DNA of 64,000 bases, taken from NCBI GenBank assembly GCA_905193815.1, contig CAJJQF010000002.1, forward strand, positions 18,717-82,716. The letters run 5' to 3'. The stretch comes from an uncultured Collinsella sp. (GTDB taxonomy: Bacteria > Actinomycetota > Coriobacteriia > Coriobacteriales > Coriobacteriaceae). Both the position numbers and the translations under genes were made by a program. The notes below the pieces were generated by a model that saw only the letters and a program-made list of their open reading frames with translations, was not told where the DNA came from and did not search any database. Shown piece by piece: positions 42,268 to 53,795 of the stretch (positions are counted from its first letter, which is position 1; each line of letters opens with the position of its first letter).

Positions 42268-42945
42268 TCACTCAAAATCTTCTTGGCCCAGATCGGCATA
42301 TAGCCTGCGTTTGCGAATGTAGCCGAGCACGGACTCGCTCGTAAGATAGCGCACGCTCATGCCGCGGGCAACTCGCTTACGGATGTTCGTCGAGCTGATC
42401 GCCAACGCCGGAATCTGAATATAGCGCACGTCGAACGGCAGCCCCGACTCTTTGATTCGGGCACGCGCCGTATCGATATCAAAGCCCGGTCGTGTCGCCG
42501 CAATAAAGGTAGCAAGCTCAGCGATTCGTTCGGCATCATGCCAGGTCACAATATCGATAATCGCGTCGGCGCCCGTAATAAAGTAGAGCTTTACCTGCGG
42601 CGGGTAAAAGTCGCGAAGGGCATGAAGCGTATCGGCCGTATAGGTTACGCCCGGGCGGTCGATCTCGAACCGGCTCGCCAAAAAGGCCGGGTTCGCGGCG
42701 GTGGCGAGGACCGTCATGGCATAACGGTCCTCGGCAGGCGTCACCGGCTTGTCAAGCTTAAAGGCAGGAGAGCCCGCCGGCATAAAGAGCACAGCGTCCA
42801 AGTCGAGCGACTCGCGCGCCTGCTCGGCAGTCACCAAGTGCCCGTAATGAATCGGGTCGAATGTGCCGCCCATAATGCCGAGCCTAAACTCCCGCCCGTC
42901 CTCTAGAGGAAGCTCGGGCAGACCGATTCCACCGCGCAGCGACAT
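42268..42945 (-). CDS. nadD: nicotinate-nucleotide adenylyltransferase
   Basis: GGTFDPIHYGH (H/T)xGH motif. Confidence 0.88.
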   Translation of the reverse strand: MSLRGGIGLPELPLEDGREFRLGIMGGTFDPIHYGHLVTAEQARESLDLDAVLFMPAGSPAFKLDKPVTPAEDRYAMTVLATAANPAFLASRFEIDRPGVTYTADTLHALRDFYPPQVKLYFITGADAIIDIVTWHDAERIAELATFIAATRPGFDIDTARARIKESGLPFDVRYIQIPALAISSTNIRKRVARGMSVRYLTSESVLGYIRKRRLYADLGQEDFE

Positions 42946-42948
42946 GGC

Positions 42949-44427
<1,479 letters not shown>

Positions 44428-44500
44428 CTACAAAAAAGAGGGAGACCCTTGAATCCTAAAACTCAAGTGCCTCCCACATATGTGCTCTATGAAGGGTGAA

Positions 44501-44758
44501 TTACGCGTTCGCGAGCGGGCGTACGCTGACCCTGTGCTTGATACCCTTGTGGAACTCAACGGTACCGTCGACCAGCGCGAACAGCGTGTCGTCCTTACCA
44601 CGGCCAACGTTCTCACCCGGGTGGATGTGCGTGCCGTGCTGACGGACGAGAATCGTGCCCGTGGTTACCGTCTGGCCGGCATAGCGCTTCGTGCCAAGGC
44701 GCTGACCGCGGGAGTCACGGCCATTACGGGAGGAACCGAGTCCTTTTTTGTGTGCCAT
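44501..44758 (-). CDS. rpmA: 50S ribosomal protein L27
   Basis: [16 protein letters not shown]... Confidence 0.9.
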   Translation of the reverse strand: MAHKKGLGSSRNGRDSRGQRLGTKRYAGQTVTTGTILVRQHGTHIHPGENVGRGKDDTLFALVDGTVEFHKGIKHRVSVRPLANA

Positions 44759-44791
44759 TGTGTATACCTACTCTTTCGTTACGAGTGTAAT

Positions 44792-45166
44792 CTACTCGGC
44801 GACGGGAGCCTCGGCAACAGCCTCAGCCTCTGCCTTGACAGCCTTCTTGGCGCGGGAGGTAGCCTGAACCTTCACGATCTTAAGCTTGGTGAGCTGCTGA
44901 CGGTGACCCTTCAGACGACGATAGCGCTTGCGCTTGTGGAACTTGAAGACCAGCTGCTTCTCGCCCTTGAACTGCTCAACGATCTGAGCGGTAACCTTGG
45001 CCTTGGCCAGCTTGTCGGGATCGGTGACGATCTTCTTACCATCGTTGAGGAAGATAACCGGCAGGGTGACCTTGTCGCCCTCATTGCCCTCGATCTTCTC
45101 GACGGTGATGACATCGTCGGTGGCGACCTTGTACTGCTTGCCGCCCGTGTTAACGATTGCGTACAT
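44792..45166 (-). CDS. rplU: 50S ribosomal protein L21 (with A/K/E-rich C-terminal tail)
   Basis: MYAIVNTGGKQYKV... Confidence 0.88.
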   Translation of the reverse strand: MYAIVNTGGKQYKVATDDVITVEKIEGNEGDKVTLPVIFLNDGKKIVTDPDKLAKAKVTAQIVEQFKGEKQLVFKFHKRKRYRRLKGHRQQLTKLKIVKVQATSRAKKAVKAEAEAVAEAPVAE

Positions 45167-45233
45167 GTTTACTTGCCCTTCATGCATCAGTTAGTGCAAC
45201 AGCCGAATATAGTAGCAGGCGAAAATACCCCCG

Positions 45234-46046
45234 TCAACGAGTATGTGGAGCAAATCCACAAGTTCGCACAGGTATGGGGCTGACGAGTCGGCCCTCGTCG
45301 TCCTCGCATGCTTGATTCTGACGCTCGACATCGTAGGAGCAGATGGTCACGAGGTCTTGCATACCGGTGGAAACAATAGGTGCATCCACGCCCGGGGTCA
45401 AGCCCTGCAACAAAACATCAGCAGCGGAAAGCAAAATTTCCGGACGCATGGAGCCCTCGTTGTCAGCATGGGTGTCGAGCATGAGCACCAAATGATCCGG
45501 GCGCTCCCCCGCCGTGAGCTCATAGCCCACGAGCGTGTGATCCAAATCCAAGCGCTTGCTCTTTTTTCCGCGCGCGTAGTCGATGCCATGGCCCGCGCGC
45601 AGCGTGTCGATCGCACGATGCACCTCGTCGGCGCTTACGGGCGCCTCGGGGTCCAGATGCAGGTCGATGCGATACGACAGGCGCGTGAGCTGCGCCGTCA
45701 ACGCCGGCGTGCGCACGTCGATGTACGCCGCCTCGATGGGCGCCAGATCGGCCGGAGACGCCGCAGCCAGGCGCCCAAACGCCTCGTCGAGCGCCACGAA
45801 CTCGGTCATAAACAGGTCATACCACTCACATGTCGACGACGTACCCACCGGTAGCGCCGAAGAGAAGCCCACGCGCATGTGCGGAGAGAAGCCCTGCGTG
45901 ACGGCATAGGGAAGTCCCGCACGGCGCACGATGCGCTCAATGGTATGGATCACTTCGAGATGGCCCAGGTACTTAAGGCGATCGCGCTTGCCATAGCGAA
46001 CACGAAGCCTAAAGAGCGAGGGGTTGTCGGTCAGGCGCTCACTCAT
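45234..46046 (-). CDS. radical-SAM-linked protein (DUF2344 / TIGR03936-like), uncharacterized
   Basis: 270 aa; 4-nt overlap with the upstream radical-SAM gene; family assignment from sequence recall, not from a search. Confidence 0.65.
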   Translation of the reverse strand: MSERLTDNPSLFRLRVRYGKRDRLKYLGHLEVIHTIERIVRRAGLPYAVTQGFSPHMRVGFSSALPVGTSSTCEWYDLFMTEFVALDEAFGRLAAASPADLAPIEAAYIDVRTPALTAQLTRLSYRIDLHLDPEAPVSADEVHRAIDTLRAGHGIDYARGKKSKRLDLDHTLVGYELTAGERPDHLVLMLDTHADNEGSMRPEILLSAADVLLQGLTPGVDAPIVSTGMQDLVTICSYDVERQNQACEDDEGRLVSPIPVRTCGFAPHTR

Positions 46047-47920
46047 GCGCGATCACCCATCAATACATTCTTGGCGTGGAGCGTGGGGCAGATCCCGCAG
46101 CCGGTGCACGACGTGCGGGTGCAGTCGGGAGTCGTGACGCCCTCGAGCGAGCGACGGTACTCGCGCTCGAGAAAGCCGCGTGTGCAGCCGGGGCTCACGT
46201 GCTCCCACGGCAGGCGCCAGTCCAACTCGTAGGGCAGGTGCACGAGTTCATTGAGGTCGATGCCGTTTTTGGCAGCAGCCTCCTTCCAGTTATCGAGCGA
46301 GAAATGCTCTACCCAGGCGTCAAAGCGAGAGCCCGAGCGCCAAGCGTCGATGATGACGGGCGTCATGTCACGACCGGCGCGGGACAGTGCGGCCTCGATG
46401 AGCGAGGTCTCGGCATCGTGGTAATGAACGCGGACGGCACGGTTGCGAACGCTCGTGATAAGCAGCTTCTGGCGACGCTTGACGTCGTCGTAGTCGAGCT
46501 GCGGGCACCACTGGAACGGCGTGGCAGCCTTGGGGATAAAGACCGAAACCGAGATGGACACCGAGATCGAGCCGCGACGAGCCTTGGGCACCACGGAACG
46601 ACCGAGCTCCAGCACGTGATCGGCCAGATTGGCGATGGCCACGATGTCCTCGTCGCGCTCGCCGGGAAGGCCCATCATAAAGTAGAGCTTCATGCGGTTC
46701 CAGCCGGCCTCGAAGGCCGCCTTGGCCGCACGGTCCAGGTCCTCCTCGGTCACGTTTTTGTTAATGATGTCGCGCATGCGCTGGCTGCCGGCCTCGGGCG
46801 CGAACGTCAGGCCGCCCTTCTTTTCGCCGGCAACCGACTCGGCCATATCCACGCCAAACGAATCCAGGCGCTGCGACGGAATAGACACGCGAATACCCGT
46901 ATCCTCCAGGCGACGGTTGAGCCTGCCGAGCACGTCGCGAATGCAGGAGTGGTCGGTCGTGGAGAGCGAGGTCAGCGACACCTCGTCATAGCCAGTCTTT
47001 TCCAGACCCTGAATCACCGACGAGACGATCTGGTCGGCCGAGCGCTCGCGCACTGGGCGATACGTCATGCCGGCCTGACAAAAACGACAGCCGCGGGCGC
47101 AGCCGCGCAGGATCTCGATAGACAGGCGGTCGTGAACCAGCTGCGCATAGGGCACGCACGACTGCGACAGCGGATTCGTGGCGCCGAAATCCTCAACGAC
47201 GCGCTTGTAGACCACGGTCGGCGCATCCTTGCCTTCACGCGGCACGGTGTAGCCATGCGGCGAGCAGGGCTCGTCGTGACGAACCTCATAGAGCGACGGC
47301 ACGTAGTTGCCGGCAATGGATGCAAGCTGCTCAACAATCTGCGCGCGCGGGACTCCTTCATCACGCAGGCGGCGATGCAGCTGGCAGGTCTCGAGCAGCG
47401 ATTCCTCGCCCTCACCGATGAGGATGGCATCGAAGAAGGCCGCGTACGGCTCGGGGTTGTACACCGAGGGGCCGCCGGCGATGATGATGGGGTCGTCTTC
47501 GCCTCGGTCGGCCGCCAACAGTGGAATGCCAGCGAGGTCGAGTGCCTCGAGGAAGTTCGTCACCGCCATCTCGTGCGGCACATGCAGACCGACGATATCA
47601 AACGAAGCGACCGGCGCTGCACCCTCGAGCGAGAGCAACGGAATGCCCGCCTCGCGCATAGCGTCACCCATATCGGGCCACGGCACATAGCCACGCTCGC
47701 AGGAGATGCCCTCGGCCTGGTTAAGGATGTTGTAGAGGATGGCGATGCCCTGGTTGGGCAGACCGACCTCGTACACATCCGGATAGATCAGGCAGCAACG
47801 GTAGTCGGCATCGGCCTTGGAAAGTGTGCCCCACTCGTGATCGATATAGCGACTCGGCTTCTCGACCTTGGCGAGCAACGGCTCAATTAAATGAAAACAA
47901 TCTTGGTATGCAACGCGCAA
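46043..47920 (-). CDS. uncharacterized radical SAM protein with N-terminal B12-binding-like domain (TIGR03960-like)
   Basis: CxxxCxxC motif GCARGCRFCQAG; 625 aa. Confidence 0.8.
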   Translation of the reverse strand: MRVAYQDCFHLIEPLLAKVEKPSRYIDHEWGTLSKADADYRCCLIYPDVYEVGLPNQGIAILYNILNQAEGISCERGYVPWPDMGDAMREAGIPLLSLEGAAPVASFDIVGLHVPHEMAVTNFLEALDLAGIPLLAADRGEDDPIIIAGGPSVYNPEPYAAFFDAILIGEGEESLLETCQLHRRLRDEGVPRAQIVEQLASIAGNYVPSLYEVRHDEPCSPHGYTVPREGKDAPTVVYKRVVEDFGATNPLSQSCVPYAQLVHDRLSIEILRGCARGCRFCQAGMTYRPVRERSADQIVSSVIQGLEKTGYDEVSLTSLSTTDHSCIRDVLGRLNRRLEDTGIRVSIPSQRLDSFGVDMAESVAGEKKGGLTFAPEAGSQRMRDIINKNVTEEDLDRAAKAAFEAGWNRMKLYFMMGLPGERDEDIVAIANLADHVLELGRSVVPKARRGSISVSISVSVFIPKAATPFQWCPQLDYDDVKRRQKLLITSVRNRAVRVHYHDAETSLIEAALSRAGRDMTPVIIDAWRSGSRFDAWVEHFSLDNWKEAAAKNGIDLNELVHLPYELDWRLPWEHVSPGCTRGFLEREYRRSLEGVTTPDCTRTSCTGCGICPTLHAKNVLMGDRA

Positions 47921-47930
47921 CGGAAAACCC

Positions 47931-48860
47931 CTAAGCAGCGAGATCTGATGCGTCCTGATAGGACGCCATAGGACGGGTAGCGCCCGCGACCGTGGTCACC
48001 AGATCGCGAACGCGGGAGAACGTGGCAGTGACCACCTCGTTGGCACGACTGTAGTCGACATCGCGCTCGTAGAGCGAAACGAGCGCACGGCCCATGCCAT
48101 AGGTGCCCGCGGCAGCAGTAAGCGCCTTGACGGCAAACCCAATATGCGGCGTCTGCTTGACGAGCTCGCGGGTGACCGCGCGGATCACCAAGCCGCCGGC
48201 AAGCACGCCCGCGACCTCGTAGCCGCGCTCGGGCTTAATGCCGCGTCCAAAGACGGCAGCGAGCTCAAAGAGCATGCCCACCTGCGCCAGCGCCATAACG
48301 GGATAATCGGCGCCCGGCAAAAACACCAAAGCCCCGGTCGCCATATTGGTGAGCGCACACGAGGTGATGATGCGGTTGGCCGCCGCGATGCGCATGAAGG
48401 CAAAGTTCGCCGCAAAAGCCGTTTCCTTGTCGGTGCGATCGAGAATCCAGCGGGCAAGCGTCTCGAGCAGATACGTCTTATCGGTTGCCGCTACCACGCC
48501 GAGCATGGGCGTGGACTCCTCGATAAACGGCACCTCCACAGCAGACTCGGCAAGCACGCACACGGGCGCACCGGCGATCACGAGCTCCTGCACGGCACTC
48601 TCCAAGCGGTCGGAACCACACGAGAGCACCAGTACCACATCGGTATCGGTCTTTGGAGCAATTCGCTCCTCCCCCAGACGCTCGACGCGCACAATGCCCG
48701 AGGTCGTCTGCGGCACAAAGGCGTCACGCACCGTCTCGGCCAGAAAGCGCGAGGCGGACGAATCCAGATAGACCGAGACGCGCACCGGCGTATCGGAATC
48801 CTTCTTAACGGACGCGCCCATCTTAAAAGCGCGGGTCAGCTTATCTACGGGAATTTTCAT
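47931..48860 (-). CDS. hypothetical protein (309 aa), no recognisable motif
   Basis: ordinary codon bias and non-antisense composition; tightly packed between rodA and the radical-SAM gene on the same strand. Confidence 0.6.
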   Translation of the reverse strand: MKIPVDKLTRAFKMGASVKKDSDTPVRVSVYLDSSASRFLAETVRDAFVPQTTSGIVRVERLGEERIAPKTDTDVVLVLSCGSDRLESAVQELVIAGAPVCVLAESAVEVPFIEESTPMLGVVAATDKTYLLETLARWILDRTDKETAFAANFAFMRIAAANRIITSCALTNMATGALVFLPGADYPVMALAQVGMLFELAAVFGRGIKPERGYEVAGVLAGGLVIRAVTRELVKQTPHIGFAVKALTAAAGTYGMGRALVSLYERDVDYSRANEVVTATFSRVRDLVTTVAGATRPMASYQDASDLAA

Positions 48861-48878
48861 AGCAAACCCCTCCAGCGG

Positions 48879-50105
48879 TTACGCGGCGCCCGAACGATGC
48901 CGCCATATGGATTGTACGATACCCACCGTCAGCAGCTGAATCATCATCGAAGACGAACCAAAGCTAATAAACGGCAGCGGAATACCGGTAATCGGCATCA
49001 TGCCGATGCACATGCCGATGTTTTCGAAGGTCTGGAACGCCCACATGCCAACGATGCCCACACACGAAAGACGCAAAAACAGCGACTCGCACTTAAAGGC
49101 GACGCGAATCGTCGAGAAGATGAGCAGTACGTACAAGCACAGCAGCAAAAAGGAGCCGCAGAAGCCAAAGGTCTCGGACAAAAAGGCGAAGACGAAGTCG
49201 GTGTGGAACTCAGGCAGAAAGCCGCCGGCCGACTGCGTCGCATGCCCCAGGCCCTTACCAAAGAAACCGCCCGAGCCGACCGCGATCAACGACTGCTGCA
49301 GATTGTACGCATCGTCCGAATCGGCATTATCGGGGTCGATAAAGACCGTCAGACGGTTCATCTGATACTGCTTGATGAGCACATCATGGCCGAGCAACGA
49401 ATCAAAGACCGAATCGAGCGCCAGGACGAGGGCCACCAGGCCCACAAGCAGGGCCAGGGTCGACAGCACCCATTCGCGGCGTGCACCGCTCATACAGATG
49501 ACGATAGCGCCAGAAACCAGCACGACCAGGCCCGATCCCAGGTCGCCCATGGCAACGACGGCCAAAAACGGAATGGACAGCATGCCGCAGAGCTTGACGT
49601 AGTCGCGAACGGTATCGATGCGACCGTTATACTGCGAGCCAAGCGTAGCAATAAAGAAGATGGTGATGAGCTTGGCAAGCTCAACCGGCTGGAATGTCAA
49701 GCCGATACCGGGAATCTTGATCCAGCCCGTCATGCCCAGACCGCCCGTATAGGACAGACCCGGAATCTTGGGCGAGAGGATCACGATCAGGTCGATGACG
49801 AGCAACGCCGTCGAGAAATTGGAAATACCGCGCAGGTCGGAGCGCCAGACCAGCACCGCCAGCACTGCTCCGATGCCAATTCCCAGCAGATGGCGTGAGA
49901 ACGAAGCATCGGCCTTAAACTGCGAAGCCGACCAGATAATGATGGCACCGTAGGCGACGAGCGCCACAGTAGCCACGAGCACACCGATATGCACCTTTTG
50001 GCGAAACGTGCCGCGCGAGGCCGAAAGTTGCTTGTTGACGCGGTCCAGGCTGCTGCGAGAGCCGGTCTTGGTTGAACGGAACAGATCCGCCGGAGAAAAA
50101 TCCAT
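48879..50105 (-). CDS. rodA: SEDS-family peptidoglycan glycosyltransferase RodA
   Basis: 10-TM FtsW/RodA family; paired with PBP2 downstream of mreBCD. Confidence 0.85.
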   Translation of the reverse strand: MDFSPADLFRSTKTGSRSSLDRVNKQLSASRGTFRQKVHIGVLVATVALVAYGAIIIWSASQFKADASFSRHLLGIGIGAVLAVLVWRSDLRGISNFSTALLVIDLIVILSPKIPGLSYTGGLGMTGWIKIPGIGLTFQPVELAKLITIFFIATLGSQYNGRIDTVRDYVKLCGMLSIPFLAVVAMGDLGSGLVVLVSGAIVICMSGARREWVLSTLALLVGLVALVLALDSVFDSLLGHDVLIKQYQMNRLTVFIDPDNADSDDAYNLQQSLIAVGSGGFFGKGLGHATQSAGGFLPEFHTDFVFAFLSETFGFCGSFLLLCLYVLLIFSTIRVAFKCESLFLRLSCVGIVGMWAFQTFENIGMCIGMMPITGIPLPFISFGSSSMMIQLLTVGIVQSIWRHRSGAA

Positions 50106-50114
50106 CGTAACCTC

Positions 50115-52184
50115 CTATCGAACCGAAGAATCGCCCGAGGCCGAAGAGGTATCGGGCTCGCCATAAATCACGCCGAGCACGTCGCGCACGACATGCATCG
50201 CGGTATCTGAGCCGCCGCCGCCCTGCTCCAGGACAGTAGCGATGACATACTTGGGGTCATCGGCCGGTGCATAGGCGCAGAACCACGCGTATTCGTCCTC
50301 GCCGCTTTTCTCGCCCGTGCCCGACTTGCCGTATACCTGCGGCGTCAGGGTGCCAAAGTGCGCCGCCAGGGACGTCGATGCCGTGTAAATCACGTCGTGC
50401 ATGCCGTTGCGAACAAGAGCCAAATCCGAATCGCTGTTGATCTTGGCCACCAAGCGCTTCTTCTTGCCCTTGCCGTTGTACTTATAGGCATCGCCGTCGC
50501 CATCGCGCGACACGGCAGACAAAAACACGTGAGGCACGTACTGTTTGCCGCCGTTGGCAAGACCCATATAGGCACACGCCATCTGCAGGGGCGTCACCAG
50601 AATGTCACCCTGACCGATGGCAATGTTGGTCATATCGCCGGCATTCCACTTGCGGTCCTCGGCAGAGGCGTCGGTGAAGTACGACTCTTTCCACTCGGCA
50701 TCGGGAATACGGCCCGCGCCCTCACTCGGCAGATCGATACCGCAGGTCTTGCCTAGACCCCAGCGACGAAAGACCTCCTGCAGGCCCTCGGGATGTTGCT
50801 CGTCATAAAAGAACGCCTTGCCCATGTCGTAGAAGACGGGGTCGCACGAGTTGGCGATACCCGACTGCAGCGTCATGGTGCCGTGGCCGGAATGCAGCCA
50901 GCAGTACTTGCCCCACGACTTGCCCAGACCCGTCCAATAACCCGTGCAGTTGGTCGTCTGCTCCGACGTGTAGGTTCCAAACTCAAGACCGGCCAGCGCC
51001 GAGAGCGGCTTGATGGTCGAGGCCGACATGTACTGTCCGCTAATAGCGCGGTTGAGCAGCGGGTGCGAACCCTTGTCATCATTGAGCTCGGTCCACACGT
51101 CATTTGAGACACCGCCGATAAAGACGGACGGATCGAACTTGGGCTCGCTCGCCATGCCCAGGATCTCGCCATTGTTGGGATCGAGACACACTACGGCGCC
51201 GTTGCCGGCATTGCTGTAGCCAGTGGTCTTGGCAAGCTCGATAGCGCTCGCCAGCGCCGTCTCGCAGGCCTGCTGGATCTTAAGGTCGAGCGTGAGCTTA
51301 ATGTCGGAGCCGGCCTTCGCGGGCACGGCGCCGGCCTGACCGGTCACATTGCCCGAGACATCGACCTTGACGGTCTGCTCGCCACGAATACCCTGCAGCA
51401 GGTTTTCGTAGTAGCTCTCAACGCCCGCCTGGCCCACGATATCGCCCGACTGGTACGTAATCTTGCCAGCAGAAGCATCATCATCGCCAGAGGTTTTCTT
51501 ATTCTGGGCCTCGAGCTGCTCGGAGGTAATGGTGCCGGTATAGCCCAAGATATGACATGCCGTCTCGCCATATGGATACTGGCGCTCGGTACGCTCGGCA
51601 ATCTTGACGCCCGGGAACTCGCCGGCATGCTCCTGAATATAGGCAACCGTGGAGCGACGGACGTCCGTCGCGATGGTATGCAGGCTCTGTGCGCCCTCTG
51701 TATTATCCTGAATATTGCGAAGGACCGCCACGTAAGGCATTCCAAGCACGTTGGCAAGATGGCGAACCAGAACCTCATCCTCGGCAAGGTCGCGGTAGGC
51801 CACGACAGCAAGTGAGGGACGGTTCTGGACAAGCGCCACGCCATTGCGGTCGAGGATGCGGCCGCGCACAGCGGGTGTGGTAACGGTGCGAGTCTGATTG
51901 CTATTAGCCTGCTTCTCGTAATAGTCCGACGAGACCATCTGCATGCCCCACAGCTTGACGGCAAGTGCCGCAAACATCGCGCCCACACCCGTGGTGAGGA
52001 TGGAAAAGCGGCCCTTAAAGGCGGTCGCCGCGGTATTGCCCTCGCCCTCGGTGGCGCGCGGGGCCGTTCCATGCTGCGTATCGTAGGTAAAACGGGAATC
52101 GCCGCGACGCATGATGACCAGCGCGACCACGATGGCCACAACCAGCACGATACCGGCGATAATAACCGTCAACTGGGAAGACAT
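50115..52184 (-). CDS. mrdA: penicillin-binding protein 2 (class B transpeptidase)
   Basis: N-terminal TM, dimerisation domain, transpeptidase motifs (S..K, SxN, KTG). Confidence 0.88.
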   Translation of the reverse strand: MSSQLTVIIAGIVLVVAIVVALVIMRRGDSRFTYDTQHGTAPRATEGEGNTAATAFKGRFSILTTGVGAMFAALAVKLWGMQMVSSDYYEKQANSNQTRTVTTPAVRGRILDRNGVALVQNRPSLAVVAYRDLAEDEVLVRHLANVLGMPYVAVLRNIQDNTEGAQSLHTIATDVRRSTVAYIQEHAGEFPGVKIAERTERQYPYGETACHILGYTGTITSEQLEAQNKKTSGDDDASAGKITYQSGDIVGQAGVESYYENLLQGIRGEQTVKVDVSGNVTGQAGAVPAKAGSDIKLTLDLKIQQACETALASAIELAKTTGYSNAGNGAVVCLDPNNGEILGMASEPKFDPSVFIGGVSNDVWTELNDDKGSHPLLNRAISGQYMSASTIKPLSALAGLEFGTYTSEQTTNCTGYWTGLGKSWGKYCWLHSGHGTMTLQSGIANSCDPVFYDMGKAFFYDEQHPEGLQEVFRRWGLGKTCGIDLPSEGAGRIPDAEWKESYFTDASAEDRKWNAGDMTNIAIGQGDILVTPLQMACAYMGLANGGKQYVPHVFLSAVSRDGDGDAYKYNGKGKKKRLVAKINSDSDLALVRNGMHDVIYTASTSLAAHFGTLTPQVYGKSGTGEKSGEDEYAWFCAYAPADDPKYVIATVLEQGGGGSDTAMHVVRDVLGVIYGEPDTSSASGDSSVR

Positions 52185-52197
52185 CTACGGGCCTCCC

Positions 52198-52770
52198 CTA
52201 TTTGAGCTTGCGGGTCTTGGGCTTAAAGCGCATACCCGCCTGGCGTCCGCCACGTGCGGAGAATCCATAGCCGGACTGCGGCACGACGCCGGACATCAAA
52301 AACGGAATGGCAACCAGACCCGTCAGGATCGAGGACGGCAGCGCATGGCCGAAGATCGCCACGACAAAGCTCGTCTCCAAACCCATAAACAGCAAGATGA
52401 TGCTGTAGATCACATTAATGACGAGCGCAAAGGCGCCCACAGTGACGCCGCGCGCACTCGGGGTACCGCCCGTCTGACCGACGGCGCTGTGCACCAGGGC
52501 AAAAGAACCCACGGTCAGCAGGAGCGACATAACGCCCACCGGCACGGCAGCGGACAGGTCATAGAACAAGCCGCTGCAAAAACCGCACACGACGGCACGG
52601 GTCGGGTCGCCCGAGAACACGCTTAGGCACACCAGGATAATCATGAAGTTGACGCGACCGCCCGCAATGGAGATCTGCGGTGCCAGGCCTGCCTGCAGCA
52701 GCACGCACACAATGGCAGCGATCACAAACGTGCGGGAGCTCATCCCCTGCTCGTGTAGATCCATGGACAT
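52198..52770 (-). CDS. mreD: rod shape-determining protein MreD
   Basis: small polytopic membrane protein at the conserved position after mreC. Confidence 0.7.
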   Translation of the reverse strand: MSMDLHEQGMSSRTFVIAAIVCVLLQAGLAPQISIAGGRVNFMIILVCLSVFSGDPTRAVVCGFCSGLFYDLSAAVPVGVMSLLLTVGSFALVHSAVGQTGGTPSARGVTVGAFALVINVIYSIILLFMGLETSFVVAIFGHALPSSILTGLVAIPFLMSGVVPQSGYGFSARGGRQAGMRFKPKTRKLK

Positions 52771-52775
52771 GCCCC

Positions 52776-53774
52776 CTATTCGCTCGAGCCGGAATCGGTC
52801 GTCTCGGACGTGTCGGAACTGTCATCCGAGCTCTCGTCCTTCATCTTGGTTGCAGCATCGCGCGACGTTCCCTGCGGCGTGCTGTTGGCCGTGCTCACGT
52901 CCTCATCCGAGGCCGACTGTTCGTCGGTCAGCGAGGTGATGACCAGCACTTCCTCGTTATTCTCGGCCGTGGTCTGAGCGCGCACCACAATGGTGTAGTA
53001 CACGTCGTTTGCCGATTTCTCAACCGACGAGACGGTGCCAAGCGGAAGGCCCTTGGGGAACACGCCACCGATGCCAGAGGTCACGATGATATCGCCAACC
53101 TTAACATCGGAGTCGACGCTCACGTACTCAAGACGCAGCGTGCCGTCAGCCTGACCCTGCAGCATACCCTGGGCGCGCGTGTCCTGCACCATGGCGGACA
53201 CGCCCGAGTTCTCGTCGCCAATCAGGCGCACGGTAGAGGTCTTGGCCGATACCTCGATAATCTGGCCGATAACACCGGCAGAACTCGTCACGGGCATGTT
53301 GATGGTAAGGCCGTCGGCAGAGCCCTTGTCGATGGTAACGGTCGAGGTCCAGGCATCGCCGGAGGCACCAACGATACGAGCTGCGGTAGATTTGAGGTTG
53401 TAGGTCGATTGCAGCCCGACCAGGCCCTCCAGGCGCTCGGCAGTCTTTTGAGCCTCAGAAAGCTCGGCGACCTTAGAGGTCAGCTCCTCATTTTGCTTCT
53501 TGAGCTCGTCGAGCGTGTCCTGCGACGCCGTTAGGTTAGAGAACACGTTGCCAATCGCATTGAAGGGAGCCGCCACAGCCGAGCCCACAAAGCGCACCGG
53601 AGAGGTAATCGTCGTTACGCCCGAACGCACGGCATGAATCGGCCCTGCCTCGCCCTCGCGGATGTAAAACGTGAGCAGCAACACCGAAATCAGGCTGAAA
53701 ACAATCAACGGGCGCATACCCGTTGATTGTCGCTTGGTATTCAGATTTGTGGAGAAACCCGAAGATCGTGCCAA
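52776..53774 (-). CDS. mreC: rod shape-determining protein MreC (acidic Ser/Asp/Glu-rich C-terminal tail)
   Basis: N-terminal TM, coiled coil, beta-rich MreC domain. Confidence 0.85.
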   Translation of the reverse strand: MARSSGFSTNLNTKRQSTGMRPLIVFSLISVLLLTFYIREGEAGPIHAVRSGVTTITSPVRFVGSAVAAPFNAIGNVFSNLTASQDTLDELKKQNEELTSKVAELSEAQKTAERLEGLVGLQSTYNLKSTAARIVGASGDAWTSTVTIDKGSADGLTINMPVTSSAGVIGQIIEVSAKTSTVRLIGDENSGVSAMVQDTRAQGMLQGQADGTLRLEYVSVDSDVKVGDIIVTSGIGGVFPKGLPLGTVSSVEKSANDVYYTIVVRAQTTAENNEEVLVITSLTDEQSASDEDVSTANSTPQGTSRDAATKMKDESSDDSSDTSETTDSGSSE

Positions 53775-53795
53775 ATGGAATCCACCTTTTGGAAA

